A DNA stretch of 64,000 bases from Podarcis bocagei (GCA_964188305.1 OZ076889.1), one strand, 5' to 3'; shown: positions 11,553 through 25,300, counted from the stretch's first letter. Made by a program: numbers and translations. Notes: generated from the sequence alone by a model not told the origin.

Positions 11553-12726
11553 GTGAGAGACTGATTTACAGTACTATCGCATTTGACTCCTACCTCTTAA
11601 TATCAATCTTACACTCAAGGAAACAGGGGTGACTAACCTTTTCTGGGTCAAGGGCTGCTTTATCTCATGGTCAGCCACCCAGGGGTTGCATGTTGAAGTG
11701 GGTATAGCAAAAGTGGGTGAAGTTGCTTTCCAAAGGACAATCCCGTTAGCCTTTAATACACAATTTTCAATAGTTTATTATAAAATTGAGAAGAAAATAA
11801 TTTTTTATTTATTTTGGGTGTTTGTTTTTTTAAAAAAATATAGTTTGGAGAGTGAGGGATCTTGGGATGGCCCCAAAAACTCTTTGGCATCACGGTGGTT
11901 GCTCTATGGGAACAATCAGTTAAAATTTTGTTTACATTGGGGGGGGGTGAATATTGAAAATGAAAACGGAATTGGAAGGAGAGGGATAAACCTTATTTGC
12001 ATTGGAGGAACCATGGGAGCAGTCATTTTTTATTTTTTTTAAAAAGAACTATAATTTTTTTTTGTTAAAGAGTGGCAAGTGTGGGGAGGCCACTAAAAAC
12101 CTTCTTGGGAGTTCCAGATACTGTGTTCTAACATAAGAGCACTGCTGAATCAGGTCAAAGGCACTTTTTGTCACAAGTGATCTCAAAGCAATTTACATTT
12201 AAAAATAGGTCATATCACAAGTCAAGTCACAGGACACAATTCAGATAACATGTAGAAATGTCAGCAGCATCAATATTAATAATTAAACCACACCAGCACA
12301 TGACAGCAGGTTGTGCATGAATGATGCAACAACATGGCTTAAGCAAATTGTTTGGATCTCCACGGGATTGGACCTACCCACATGTAGTTGAGTCATTTAG
12401 ATTTTATTTGTTTAGCTTTCAAATATTACATGCCTTCAAGCTCTTGATTTGGTCCCTGGAAGGCAGCGAATTCACAGTGAATAAGACAAAATTCATTTGA
12501 GTGATATGGATTTTAGCCCTAGCATCCCTGCAGGTTACTGAGCCTGCCTTTCCAGCATTCTTGTGTTGCTGCTCTCCAGCTCAGCTAAAAGCAAAACCAT
12601 TCCAAGACCAAGGTGGCCATGTCTGCATTGTACTGTGCATGGGTGGAAAGTGGCCTTGCCAGAAAAGGCTGAGCAGTACTCTGCTATGAGCCCATCTTTT
12701 CTTTGGCCAGAGAGAAGCGTGTACCC

Positions 12727-13021
12727 CGCGGGCCCAATCCGGCCCACCAGACCTCGTCATGTGTCCTGTGTAGCCGCCGCCGGCCGCCAGCCTTCACGTT
12801 TTGTTCTCACTTTTTTTTTTTTACACAAGAAAGCCGCCTCTTCAGCGCATGCACGGCAGCCTACAAGCCAGAGAACGTCTGCCCTCTAGCGGCGCTGGCC
12901 ATTCTACACAGAAAACCTCCACTTTACATGTCCTTTACATAGTCCTACAGATACAACCGGCCCTTTGGGGGTGACCAAACTGCTGATGCGGCCCCCGATG
13001 AATTTGTGTTTGACACCCCTG
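12727..13021. mobile_element. Non-autonomous hAT (Charlie-like) element, one TIR lost, 8-bp TSD
   Basis: Right end ...GATGCGGCCCCCGATGAATTTGTGTTTGACACCCCTG (reverse complement CAGGGGTGTCAAAC). TSD GTGTACCC at 12719-12726 and 13022-13029. CpG-rich. Confidence 0.8.
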
Positions 13022-13524
13022 GTGTACCCCATTACCAAGAATTTCTGGGCCAAGGAAAAAGCTTCAGATGATATTAAGGGCACCGCCAAGTTTTATTACA
13101 CATTCAGATTTTTATATTCCACCTTTGTAGGAAAAGTGCATACTGCAGGAAGCTTGCAGAATTCTAGGCTGGATGAGCTGATTCAGCAGAGCTCTTCTTA
13201 TGTTCTTAATATCCTAAATATAGGACTGTCATCATATCAGTTTTTGGCACATGCCTGAATCTCAGTACAGCCCTTGTTCTTATTAGCAAAACTTCCCTCC
13301 ATTTAACCCCCCCCCCCTCCATAGCTCTGTTCTACTGTCTCTTGCAGAGTGGGGGGAAATTGATATGAGCAAGAGACATTTTGTTAGTCATAGTCAAAAC
13401 CACTTCTGGATGTGAGGCAGGCACTATGTTGAGAGCTGGGGAGTGACAGAGTAAACAGCTTCCAGACATTACCCCTGTTAGGATACATCATCTCTGATAG
13501 AGCTGCTGTTCTCTCTCCCACCAG

Positions 13525-13596
13525 CCCCTATATCATCGGGACAACCAACCAGCCTGTGAAGATGACTCCAAATCATGGCCTTCATCTCAGCTTCAG
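13525..13596 (+). CDS. NAV1: NAV1 coding exon (CPYIIGTTNQPVKMTPNHGLHLSFR)
   Basis: Acceptor ctctcccaccAG, donor GTAAGG; phase 2 to 2. Confidence 0.95.
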
Positions 13597-13760
13597 GTAA
13601 GGGCAGCAATGATAATCCCAATGGAGGAGGCAGGATTGTGCTGGGCTTTGAAATAGCATCTCCTCTGTTCTCACCTGACAGTTCCAGAAGCTGTTATTCT
13701 GCTATGGGAAGGACTATATATAATCCCTATCATTACTAACCTGTCATCTTAATGCTACAG

Positions 13761-13957
13761 GATGCTGACATTCTCTAATAACGTGGAGCCAGCCAATGGC
13801 TTCCTGGTGCGCTATCTACGCCGGAAGCTGCTTGAGTCCGACAGCGATGTCAATGCCAACCGGGAGGAGTTGCTGCGTGTGCTGGACTGGGTGCCCAAGC
13901 TCTGGTACCATTTGCACACCTTCCTGGAGAAGCACAGCACCTCTGACTTCCTCATTG
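13761..13957 (+). CDS. NAV1: NAV1 coding exon (MLTFSNNVEPANGFLVRYLRRKLLE...HSTSDFLI)
   Basis: Acceptor atgctacAG, donor GTAAGT; phase 2 to 1. Confidence 0.96.
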
Positions 13958-14843
13958 GTAAGTGGTGGATTGAGCTATGCTGGCTGGAGATACTGTCAGG
14001 AACAAGGATTGCCATTCAGGAAACAGGGGAGGGATGTTGAATGTTGTTGTTGGTCAACTAATGGAGGGATTCCAGGGCTCAAGGCTGCATGAAAGCTACA
14101 ACCTGTCTTTTGGCGTGCTTGCCATTTATTCCTAGTAAATTAGGTGTTTGCTTTTCTCCCACCATTGAGTAATCAGTCTGTATATACTCAGAGGCACTCT
14201 CAATTGTTAGTTCAATTTTGCCATTGCAGAATAATTGCTTGATTTCCTTATGTCAGCATAGGACCACTGGCTGGACTGTGGTTCCACCCGTTTGATAAAG
14301 GTAGGAGTCAAAATTTAGGAAGTAGGCAGCTTCCTCTTCAGTTTAATGGTTTTAATTTTCTGGCTCCAATTAAGCCCTGCTTTCTGCTACATGTTTAACA
14401 GCCAAATACCAGAAGTTCTCTTCAGTATTTCAGATGCAGATCAGATCCAAGGTACGGATTGTTCAATAGTTTAGTCATTCCTTTTGGGTTGTTGGTTCCT
14501 CTGTCTGCTTCAGAGCCTTGTTTGATTAACCCCTGGAAAGTGACAGCAATTAGGGAATGTACTGATGTATTGAATGGTATCCTGCTTTTCCTACACGCAG
14601 CTCAGTGTGGCAGAGATGAGGTTGTCCTCACAGTCTTCTGATTAAGTTTGCTAGACTAAGATATAGTGACTTGAACCGGACCAGTAAACCTACTGGTGCA
14701 AGTCTAGCAACCTATCCAATACACTTCACTGACTTACTGTATCTGGCATAACAGTAATCCTCTGAGGCAAAGAACATTGCATGGGATTGGTGTTCTTTTG
14801 TGGGCTACTAGCTCATGCTCCCCATTTTCCTTTTCCTTACCAG

Positions 14844-14962
14844 GTCCCTGTTTCTTCCTGTCATGCCCCATTGGTATTGAGGATTTCCGGACCTGGTTCA
14901 TTGATCTGTGGAACAATTCCATCATCCCCTACCTTCAGGAGGGAGCAAAGGATGGGATTAAG
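14844..14962 (+). CDS. NAV1: NAV1 coding exon (GPCFFLSCPIGIEDFRTWFIDLWNNSIIPYLQEGAKDGIK)
   Basis: Acceptor ttttccttaccAG, donor GTACAT; phase 1 to 0. Confidence 0.96.
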
Positions 14963-15198
14963 GTACATTTACCCACACCCACATCCTCACTAGTAATGGT
15001 GACTGTGCCCTGCACCCATTTGCATGGGTGGATTGCTTAGTTAGAAGCTGCTCTGCTCGAAATTGTCCATCATCAAGTATCTTGCAGCAAAGCTGTTTCT
15101 TCAGATGTCTGAGCTTCCACCCACCCAAAAGATGGGGGGAAAGTGCATGTATATGTGGCTTGTTTCTCAGTATTCTTTTGTGCCTATCCCCATTGCAG

Positions 15199-15396
15199 GT
15201 GCATGGGCAGAAAGCTGCCTGGGAAGATCCTGTGGAATGGGTGCGAGACACGTTGCCATGGCCATCGGCCCAACAAGACCAGTCAAAGCTCTATCACCTT
15301 CCCCCACCCAGTGTGGGGCCCCACAGCACTGTCTCACCCCCAGAGGAGCGGAGTGGCAAGGATACTACACCCAACTCTCTGGAATCAGACCCCTTG
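15199..15396 (+). CDS. NAV1: NAV1 penultimate coding exon (VHGQKAAWEDPVEWVRDTLPWPSAQQDQSKLYHLPPP...SLESDPL)
   Basis: Acceptor ccccattgcAG, donor GTATGT; 198 nt, phase 0 to 0. Confidence 0.96.
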
Positions 15397-18277
15397 GTAT
15401 GTCTTCAGGCTGCAAAGGGGGACTGCTGCCAAACAAGAGGCTTTTGAAGGCTGGCTCTCTTTGGCACGAGGGAATTAAGTTGGGACCACAATCCATCTGT
15501 TGGATGAGTGGCTAAACTCTTTCTGTGACATGGCATACCTTGCCAACCATTGCTTTGTCACAACAGTTGTAGCAGGCACCTTGGTTACTGGAGTACAATT
15601 CCTTGACACCAGAGGTTGCTGGATCCTACAGTACGCTGCATTTCCTGAGGGTTAGGGGCTTAGCCAAACAAGTACCATATGACAGCTTTCCAATGACTAT
15701 GAAACAACACTCCTGTGCCAGTTTGCCTTTCGGGGGAAGTAGAAAAGCAGTGAATCTCCCCTTCTCACTTGGAAATCTCCCCTTCTTAGCTTTTGAACAC
15801 TGTTTTGTAGAACTGTATGTTCCTACTAATCAGGACATTGCCCCGCCTTGCAAAAGGATTTCCCCTGCTTTTTATGTTTGTAGGACCCCCTCAAATAATT
15901 CAGTGCATTGTGTTTTTTGCAGTATAGTTTTTGAGGCATAAACAAGCCAGGTTTTCTGCCCAACTAAGGAATATGCATTCTCCCTGCCCTCCCTCAACCA
16001 AGCATAGCAATCTCTAGGCCTTCCCTTGATAAGATCCATCGGGAGCCAGGATAGATTTATCATATGTATGAGTTGCATACATTGAAACTAGTCCTTGGTG
16101 TTCTTTCTCCAATCTCAGAAGTCTGGCTGAGCAGTGTTGAGTTAACCCCTCCACTGGCTTAGATCATTTCTCATATACCCAGAGGGGTGGGTGTATTGGA
16201 AGCTTCAAACGTACTGGGAACACCAGAGCCCATTCTAGGTTTCATCAGCTGACCTGCAGCAAGTCTTCCCATCTCACTGTGCATCCAGCGTGTCCAATGT
16301 GTCTCACTGTGTGTCCAGCAAAATCCACTGGGACAATTGTATTGTAACGGAATAAAAACTCTTCTCTGCAGTGCATTGGCGACCTCTGTAGGTTACCAAT
16401 GCAGCATTGGTGACCTCTTTAGCAAGCATAAACACCCTTCACAAGACAGAAGAGCCTTAAAATGACTGTGCTGGGCAGCACTGCAAGGAAGTGGCCACAG
16501 GATGGCATGATAAGTGTAAACCAGAGAAAGAAGCTGCCTCTACATACTGAATGAAATAGCTACATGGGATAGTTTTTAGCTTTGCTGGTGCACGTACACA
16601 ATGCAGCAGTGACAGCATATATTCCTTTGTAAGTCATGAGGAAAACCGCTGTGTAGTATATGAGTAGTCTTGAAATCTACAACTTGGGAACCACGTTCCT
16701 AGCAGCTTCGTACTGAGGGATATTGGTGCAGCTATGTGTAGGAAATCTAGGATGGCCTATGTTGGGAATCTAAGGTGAGATATCCATGCAGTGAAAGTTT
16801 CTGCACACAGAAGCAGCTTAAGATACAAATAATTTACTGTTGCAGAAGATAAGGCTCAGTAAAACAGTTCTGGACATAGATATATACAGGTTGTAGGCTT
16901 TTGCAGATACAGATATATACAGATTCATACATGTATAAAGTGTCTCCATTGCTCCAAATAAACTTCAGCAGTTCAGAACAAGACAAGTGACTCCAACAGA
17001 CTGATGACTCAAAGACAGTCTTAACTGCAGACTAACAAATACTACTAAGTTGACATGCATTAATCACAGATATAGTTGGGTCATTGGGGCCGTTAACATA
17101 GCAACTGGCTTGGCTGACCTTATACTTGCGATTAGTTAATCGATGGGGTGACTTACACTCATGAAGAAAATTATCCCCTTCCCATGCCTAGTTACTCCAA
17201 CAGACTGATAATAGGGGAGAGGCTTAGTTTGGGTTTGGACTGTGTTAGCTAGTACATTCTCTCGTAACATCTCTGGCTGGTCTGTCTTCTGAAGGCCAAG
17301 TTCTGTCTTGGAAGGCATATGCAGTTTTATGGGCTTCTTTCTCCAGGGAGGCTTGCCAGGCACCTATGTTAATGTGTTTTTTGGTGCCAGGCAAATATCC
17401 TTTTACGTCCTCAAGCATTTAACATCTGATGAGCCTCCAGTATCTGCCTTTATTGCTGTTATTTTATGCTATTCTTTACTTATTGATTTGTTTTAATGGT
17501 TTTGTTGTTCGTAGCTTGTTAACTATCCTGGCAATGCTTACTGAAGGACAGCATACAAATTTGCAAAGTAAATAAAATGAGAGTATGCAACTGATTTGTG
17601 GAGGTTGCAGCTATGACTCATCCACCCACCCCTAATTGGCTTTAATTCATTAGATGTGTTCTTTCTTTTAAGCATAGTCCCCACCCTCTGGGGATAACCA
17701 TCAAAGCCCTCTCACATTATGAAGTTGAACATGGTTATCTACTCACAATCTACTCAGAAGTAAGGCCCATTAGATTCCATGGGCAGTATCCAACTAATGT
17801 GTTCCATCAACGCAATGAAAGCTTTGCCTGTGTACCTCCTAAATGTGTTTTAGGAGTTTCCTCAATCCTCTGGAGCAGATTTGGGGAGCATCCAGAATGG
17901 AACGGTGGGTTCCATTTGAAATGATGGAACTCATCAGTTGGATACTGGCCCATCAGACTGACTCCTAGGTTGAGTGAGTATAGGGTAACAGCGTGAAACT
18001 GTAAACAACACTTTTTTCTCAGTAAGCAGTGCACCTTTAAATAACCATAGCAAGTTGTGTATGTATGCAGGACATCTGAATCCATTGTCTTCTGCCTTGG
18101 GCAGAACATCTCATCTTAACTGGAACACAGATGATAAGTCTTTATCTGGGTTTACTACCTTGGAATCCTGATCCCCAATTATTCTTTCCCTATTCCTCTG
18201 GAGTGCTCAACCAGGGTATGGGGTAGCTTGTTCTCAGGCGCAGACTGCACTGCTTTTGCAGAGCTATGTGTATAAAA

Positions 18278-18580
18278 GGGGGAAAGGTCATTACTCAGCA
18301 GTAGAGCAGAAGGTCCCAATCTCAATCCCTGGTGTCTTGAGGTAGGGCTGGGAAGGACCCCTCTCTGTAGATAGTACTGAGCTAAATGGATCTGAATTTA
18401 TCATCATCATCATTATTAACACCACCATATTTTATTATGGTGCCATTACCTGCCATTCGCCCTAAGGTCCCAGGGAAAATTACAACATTAAAGCACAATA
18501 TTAAAAACAGTTTAAAACAACGGGCAATCATTAAAACACAGTGGGTCCTAAAAATATACACAACAGCTTTCTATGTTCCT
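18278..18580 (+). mobile_element. tRNA-derived SINE (Squam3-like), split by a LINE-tail insertion
   Basis: Head ACTCAGCAGTAGAGCAGAAGGTCCCAATCTCAATCCCTGG...GTAGGGCTGGGAAGGACCCCT...TACTGAGCTAAATGGA. Tail GCTTTCTATGTTCCT resumes near 18566 after ~170 nt of AT-rich insert. Confidence 0.6.
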
Positions 18581-18631
18581 TTTTAAAAACCTTGGGGATA
18601 CTTTAGCTTCTTGCTTTTTTCTCCCATGCAG

Positions 18632-18724
18632 ATGGCGATGTTGCTGAAGCTCCAGGAAGCAGCCAACTATATTGAGTCTCCCGACCGAGAAACCCTGGAC
18701 CCCAATGTGCAGTCGACACTCTAA
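18632..18724 (+). CDS. NAV1: NAV1 terminal coding exon (MAMLLKLQEAANYIESPDRETLDPNVQSTL*)
   Basis: Acceptor ttttttctcccatgcAG; TAA at 18722-18724; matches the recalled NAV1 C-terminus. Confidence 0.95.
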   Translation: MAMLLKLQEAANYIESPDRETLDPNVQSTL

Positions 18725-19387
18725 AGGTGACTGGATCAGGATGGGACGGAGACTGGAGTGAGCTGGTCTCGGCTGCCTTCGCTCCTCGTTCTTCTTTGTT
18801 TTCTTTTGTATCTGGAACCTGTGGTTTGGAACAGAACACCACAGATGGACGATGGAGGAGGCCGCTTGACCCTCCGCTGCAAGATACTGCTCCCCCACCC
18901 CCCAATGAGTTTGGTGGTAGGAGAATGATGATTTTTATTCTTAGGCTTTTTGCCTCTATCATAAACTCCTGGGCTTTGCAGTATGGCTGGGTGGGTGGCG
19001 GTGGTGGGACATTACTAAATCCCTCGGATCCAGGGTTCCCAGCATCGGAGTTCCTGTGTAGGGTAAAGACTCGAGACCTTGTGGAACTGGCCACTGCATT
19101 GTTTGCAGGGCAATGCCAGCGGGCAGGGCAACAGACAAGTTTGTGGTTCCCTAACATGAGGATCTTTTTATAAAAAAAAAGTAAAGAAAAGCAAAAACCC
19201 AGAAAGGAACCTGGAAGTATCTGAGTAGAAGAGTCGCCGCTGCAGCAATCCAGCTGTTGCCGTAACTGTTTCCCCTCTGGATGCTTCCCTACCACAACAA
19301 ACATAGGCAAAGGCCTAGGACTGTTAACTCTGTCTTTGTACCCTCCTTATTTAATCTGCATGATCGTCCTTTTACATTCAGACTTCC

Positions 19388-19393
19388 AATAAA
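19388..19393 (+). terminator. Proximal polyadenylation signal AATAAA
   Basis: AATAAA ~660 nt after the stop, followed by U/GU-rich sequence (TTGTTTTCCCCCTTTTATTTTATTTTGG). Confidence 0.5.
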
Positions 19394-22321
19394 CTCTGCA
19401 TTGTTTTCCCCCCTTTTATTTTATTTTGGTTAAGCTGGGCCATTCCTTTTTGGGGTTTTTTGGTTCTAGGAATTCTGTTTCGGTTTTTAATCACCTGGTA
19501 CTAGTTTCGCAGGGAGGAGCCACTTGGTTTCTTAGAGGGTTTTTTTTTTTGTTTTTTTTTTTTGCTTTGGTTTTTGTTCAGTTCACCTTTTCTCTGTTCT
19601 ACCACTCTGTAAATTCCATCACAGTGGTCCCTCCAAACTGAAATTGGTGCTGACTGGATGACCTCCAGTAACCAAACTCGCCTTGTGGGTCCTTGCAGCT
19701 TGCATCAGATGCACACAGGGTTGAATCAGCAGCACAGCCTTCTCAAAGATGCACAACCTGCTGAATGGGCTCCCCTTCCTGTCCCCTTCTTTTATCATTC
19801 CATTCCTGAAAGCACAAGAGGCCTACCAGACTGGGACCAAAGAAAGAGCAGTGGGGCAGAGGATGCTCTGCTGTGGTCCTCACTTGCGCAGCAAAACCAT
19901 CAAATGCCTCCAGAGCTAAAGATGTCTCCCAACTTTGCCCAAATACTGACCTTTCCTCTGCTCACCTTGCAGAGAGAAAGGGAGGAGGGGGGTAGATAAC
20001 TTTCAAGAGAGTGAAAATGTAGCACTGTTAAATGTTCAGTCTTAGGGTGTCGCTTGCTTGATTTCCAAACAAGGAGCCATCCATGAAGTGACCCAAATCA
20101 AGCAAAGTTCTACTTCCACCCTGGTGCCTTAACCGGTACAAAGTAGTGCTCTGATTTAGGTTAGATCTACTTTCCTATACAGGTGGAGATAGTTGGATTA
20201 GACATATACAACTGCCACGCCCTTTTGCCTTTTGGTTCTAGAATGTGACTTCCCTTAGGTGAGTTTACGTGCATTTTCTATTGGGGGTGGGGAGTCACAA
20301 AGCCCTCTCTGAGAGCAAAGTTCACGACATGTTTCATGAGCTCCTCAACCTCCTTGGCCCTGATCAACAACTAGTTTTCCTGAAGGGCCAGTTTAAAAGC
20401 AAAGTTAGCAGTGCAAAGCCAACATAAGCAGCAGTTACCATGTTACCAATTCAGACACCAGTTTTAGAAGCCTGTGGCCTGGATAAAATAAGGGGGAAAG
20501 TCTGAATTTAGTTTCCATGACATTTTTTTAAAGAGAAGGTTGGAATTACATCACTTAGCCAGAAGCCAAATAATTGTTAGTTTCTCCATAACACAGGTCC
20601 TGGCTTTTTCAACTCAAGTATTGTAGGAGTTCATTTCATAGTGCAGCAGAATATATACAGCACAATGCAGGGAACAGGATTTCAGCTCTCCTGATATAAA
20701 CTAATAGGCTTTACTCTATTGCAGTATTCACTTCCTATCTAGTGTTTAGTTTTACTAATATGCTGATCTAACCATCAGCACCTCACTCTTCTTATGATGC
20801 AGAAGCCACTAGGGTTTATTTTATGCTAAATGATTAATAACAGGATTCATGGATAGATACACTGTGCCAAATACCTCAAGGATCGCAGCTGAAATCACTC
20901 AAGGTCCTACTTAGTCCCATGTGATTCTTAGCATTTATTTAATAGCATTTTTATCCTGCTCCTTAGCCTAAAGGGGGCTTCCAGGGCAACTTACAAAAAT
21001 CAGTACTTACACAGTCCCTGCCCCCAGGCTTGCAACTGGAAGAGATGTAACACACAAGGAAAAGGGGGTGGGGTAGAAGAGGAAAGTAGGCAAACTCAAG
21101 CACCAGTTCTTAAAGTTACAGTTCTTTTATAGCTACCAGCTAGGATAGGAAAGAGTTCTGGCAGCCTGACTGAGTGATGGCTAAAGGATGGCCGGAGGCA
21201 GCTGGTCTCCCAGGAGAGGTGATGGGATAGTCTTGTTTTGCTTCTCACCCTCTGCTCTGCAGCCTAATGGAGCTGCTGCCACTTGCAGACATTTTGAGTG
21301 AGACTTCCCATATTTTCAGTATTTCCACTGCAATCTTGAGGTCTAGAAATTGTGCTTTCTAAAAGTGAGAATGAAGATTCTTAGGACTCTAGATTATGTG
21401 CCACGTCCTGCACTTGCTGAGTCATTGTACAGAATGTATATAATTTTAGTCCCCCTGCCCAATTTTTGCCAGAATGAGCCTCCTGAAGTCAAAGCTCATT
21501 TGTTTTCCTTGTGTAACTATTATGGAATCCTGCAACAAAATGTTGCAGTGTGGAGTTCTCATTCCCTCTCCCTCAGTTTTTAATTCTTCTCTCCCACAAC
21601 AGTCAGCATCTGGTGCCCCCTGAGCATCCTCATTCCTCAGTGGACATTTTTCCTCTCTTAAAATATTTTTTGTACTTCAAACATTGAGGTTCCCTCCATT
21701 GTATGGGTGGATCCCTCTATCTCTTGCTTGAATGGGGCCATTTTGGCTACATAAGAATCCACACTAGGAGAATGGGTTTATCATCCGCATCTAGGATGTC
21801 ATTAATGTATAGTCAGCCTGCAGTGAAGGTACAAGTGGCACAAGCAGCAGGTATGCTCTGACATGCTTGGCAAACAAGACAAAATGCCTTTGGGCCCAGC
21901 TGTGGCTGAATCAGGCTTGCAGGTGGTCCTGCCTCACCAGTACTGCCTGCTCCTTGGCTCAGCAGCTGAGAGCCAAAAGCAAACATAAGGAACCAGTGGC
22001 TGCAGGAAGACTGGAGAGAGACAGACAGAGACAGAGAATCGACTAGAATGGTGCTTCCTCTCTCAAACTTTGCATTTGAGTTTGTTGCACAATTGCCAAA
22101 AAGTTTGGCCAGCACCGTAGTAATTAATTACAAGTAGTGAATAAATTAAGTGCAGAACTCAATGGAAGATTTTGCAGCACTTTTCTTTGAGCCAAAAGAA
22201 CTAAATGACAAATTGATTGGCATAAGGTAGGACTGTGTAATATACAAAAGCGACATTCCTGGCTTTCTGTTTCTTCATTGCAGACACTGTTCTTCTCACC
22301 CAACCCAAGTTTACACACATG

Positions 22322-22324
<3 letters not shown>

Positions 22325-22362
<38 letters not shown>
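22325..22362. repeat. (CA)n microsatellite
   Basis: Seen directly. Confidence 0.98.
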
Positions 22363-22365
<3 letters not shown>

Positions 22366-25300
22366 CCTTCTAGCAGCTGCCTCATATTGTGTTGTTTCAG
22401 CTGGGTTTTTATGGCGAACAAAACAGCAGGGAGTAGTGGTGTTGTACTCAAATGTTGTATGAATGCACAACAAATTTAACAGGGGTTTTTCTGGGGTTAG
22501 TGTTAATTGTCTCTGCCATTATTGCAAACAGACTTTGATCTAGTCTCCTGACCTTTTTGAGGTCTCTCTGTCTTTTCTTTCAAGCAGAATGTATTTTACT
22601 GGTGTGGCCAAGGGAGTCTTCTAGGAGCTTGCCCATTTGCTGCTAAAATCTCTCCCCTCCCCAATCTGAATAGGGGATGGAAAAAGTAGCAAGGAGAAGT
22701 GGTTCAGTATAGACAGGCATTTATTCTCCAGTTGTATCTTCCTCAGTGACCTTATGCACAAGCAGGGGAAGGTGGGGGAGCCTTATGAGCAGTACAGAGC
22801 ACTGTATGATCTTATCACAAGGATGGGTGGGTTTTCATCCAAGGCAAAGAGGGTGCTCTGTTGGGGAAAGGCTCTTGTGCTTTTGAATTGAAGTTGTGCT
22901 GCTGTCACACTGTGCTGATCTGAGCAAAAATGCAGCTTGAATGATGAGACTGGAGTTGCCCATGGTGCTGAAACTGCCTTAATTGTCACAATTTCAAGGA
23001 AGGGGAGCCCCTAGCCATGAACTGGTGGATCTTGCCACAGACCAAGCCTGTTGTGGCCTTCTAAACCCAGACCACATTTAATATCTCCTGCCTTCAGCAC
23101 AAGAAGCCCAGGGAGAGAAGGTGGAGGTCACACTTAACCACTTCTTTGCTGAGCTTGTTTCTGGTCCCATCAGTCACAGTGCTTGCTGTTTGGAATGCCT
23201 TTAGGTGATCAGCTCAGTAAATAGTATGGCAGGCGTCTTTCATCCCAAGACACCTAGATGACATGAAGAAAACCACCCTTCTGTCCCTGCCTACTCACAT
23301 ACCACTACAGATGGTTAGTCCACAACCAATGGAGACTTTGGTTTGTTGGGGGCTAAGTGTTCCACTCACTTCAGAGTCAAATGGGTCTAGCTAGCCAAAT
23401 GACTTCAGAAGATCACAGCCATGTTTACGTATTAGCAGGGTCCAGGGCCAAGGCAGTCACTTCTGTTAGAATCTAAATTTCTCTTTGAGAGATAGGAAAG
23501 AAGCCAGGAAAAGGACTATTTCATTTCCAAATCAGGCCAGAGCCGACCAAATTTACATTACCAAACAGAAAGGTTACTGGCTTTTCCATCAAAGAAGGAG
23601 TCTCCAGGATCTTGGGTTTTAGACCAGAAGCCTCTTCTAACCCCCAAAACCGATTTGGAAGAAAATGGCTTCTTTTCCTCTACCTCCCTCCCTCCCATGA
23701 GGGATGAGAGGCAATGGGAGAGAAGCAGTAAGGGTGATAGCTTGGCTACTCTCAATCCAACAGCTTCTGCCTAATATGAGGAGGTAGCTGAGCCACCAGT
23801 GGCATTCAATCCCAGCTTCCTGCTCCCATTGCCTTTGCTGGGGCAAGCACCCTCCTCCACCCTCTGGCAAGGGATTTGCCCACCCCACCTCATCTTAAAG
23901 GGAATAGCATCTCCCCCTTGCTCACACCTCACAGTGGTGAGCACCCAGTTTACTGCATCTGCAGAGGTGCAGCCTAAGTATTGAAGCAGCCCCACTTCAT
24001 TTCCTCTCTGCAGTTGAGAAGTGGATATGGAAAGGCTCCCCCTCACACTAGGATGTTCATCCCTACCTTTAGCATCTTGCAGGTCCCTTCCTTACAGGCT
24101 CCCTGTTTCACACCTCCCATTTCTCTCTTGATGTGGTTTGGACATTCTCCCGTCCTATTGCACAGGGTTATAAATAGACATTCCACTACAACAGAGGTCA
24201 TGGATTTAAATCTACCTGGCCATCTTCAGCACTTGGCAAAAAGACATTGGGAATTACCAATCCAGGAAACTCAAGGATTTCAGATGCATCCAGGTTTGGG
24301 TCCTCACCACATTTGCTCTGGGCATTCAGCTGAAAAAAAAAATTTACCATGTGCACAAGGCTCTGGGTCCCATTGTGATCCCTAGCAGGCATTCCAAAAG
24401 AACCTTCCTACCCAACCTTTTTGCAGATGGCACCAAGCACAACCCAGCCATTCAGCCTTTATCAATATCAGGAGTGTGCTATCACATTATGTAAAGCTTG
24501 AGAAAGATACCATTGTCATCCACATGGCATCTGTAAGTTATGGGAATTGTATCCAGGGATCACAGGGATCATGGCTTGGTACAACTCCCACTCTCGCCCC
24601 CCGCCTTCCTTTTAATGGCCAGCTTGCAGGGCAACTCGACCATTCAAATATGTATGTATAAATTTTCTCAAGGATAGATCCATGTTAACCGTACTGCAAG
24701 AGATTCCAGCCAATTGGCCTGTGCAGATCTAAGGTGCTTGTTTCTCTTTGTATAACTATATACATATGTACATACATATCCTGTTTAATGTAATTGAAAC
24801 CTTGGAGCTGTCCGTTTGCTCTGGAACCCAGCAGGTGGTGTGATGGGCTTGGACGATGGGAGAAGGTGAATGCTGGCTGGTTTAAGGCAAGCAATTCTAC
24901 TGAAAATTTCAATTGCATGGGAATAGTCCTGTATAAACAAGCTGTCATCGTCAATTGAATAGGTGCTATGTATGTCCTCAGATTATATAAATTAGTTTTT
25001 AATTCAGGTTTAAATTTTATGTAGAAAAGGCACAGAGCAGCCTAGAGAAAGAACAATAGCCTCAGCTTGATTAGTTTAGCCATATAGCAGACAATGCAAC
25101 ATTCTTTAGCCTCTTTCTCAAACTTCTTTTCAGTGTTTAAAAAGTCCTTGGTGTGTCACTTTCCAAGCCGCCTTTATTTGACTCATCCATACCAGGTCTT
25201 TGCAAACCTCTCCTTGCTGAAGTTCCCATTACAAATGTCCTTCTTGCCTAGGACTTGTGTTCTGCCAACAATGACAGAGGAGACTTGATCTCAATCTCTC

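Noticed and set aside
15028-15515. Three overlapping + ORFs
   Set aside because: Only the 15199-15396 exon frame matches NAV1; the rest is read-through into introns or alternate frames.
18278-18340. tRNA-like A/B box sequence
   Set aside because: Degenerate SINE head with no cloverleaf; not a tRNA gene.
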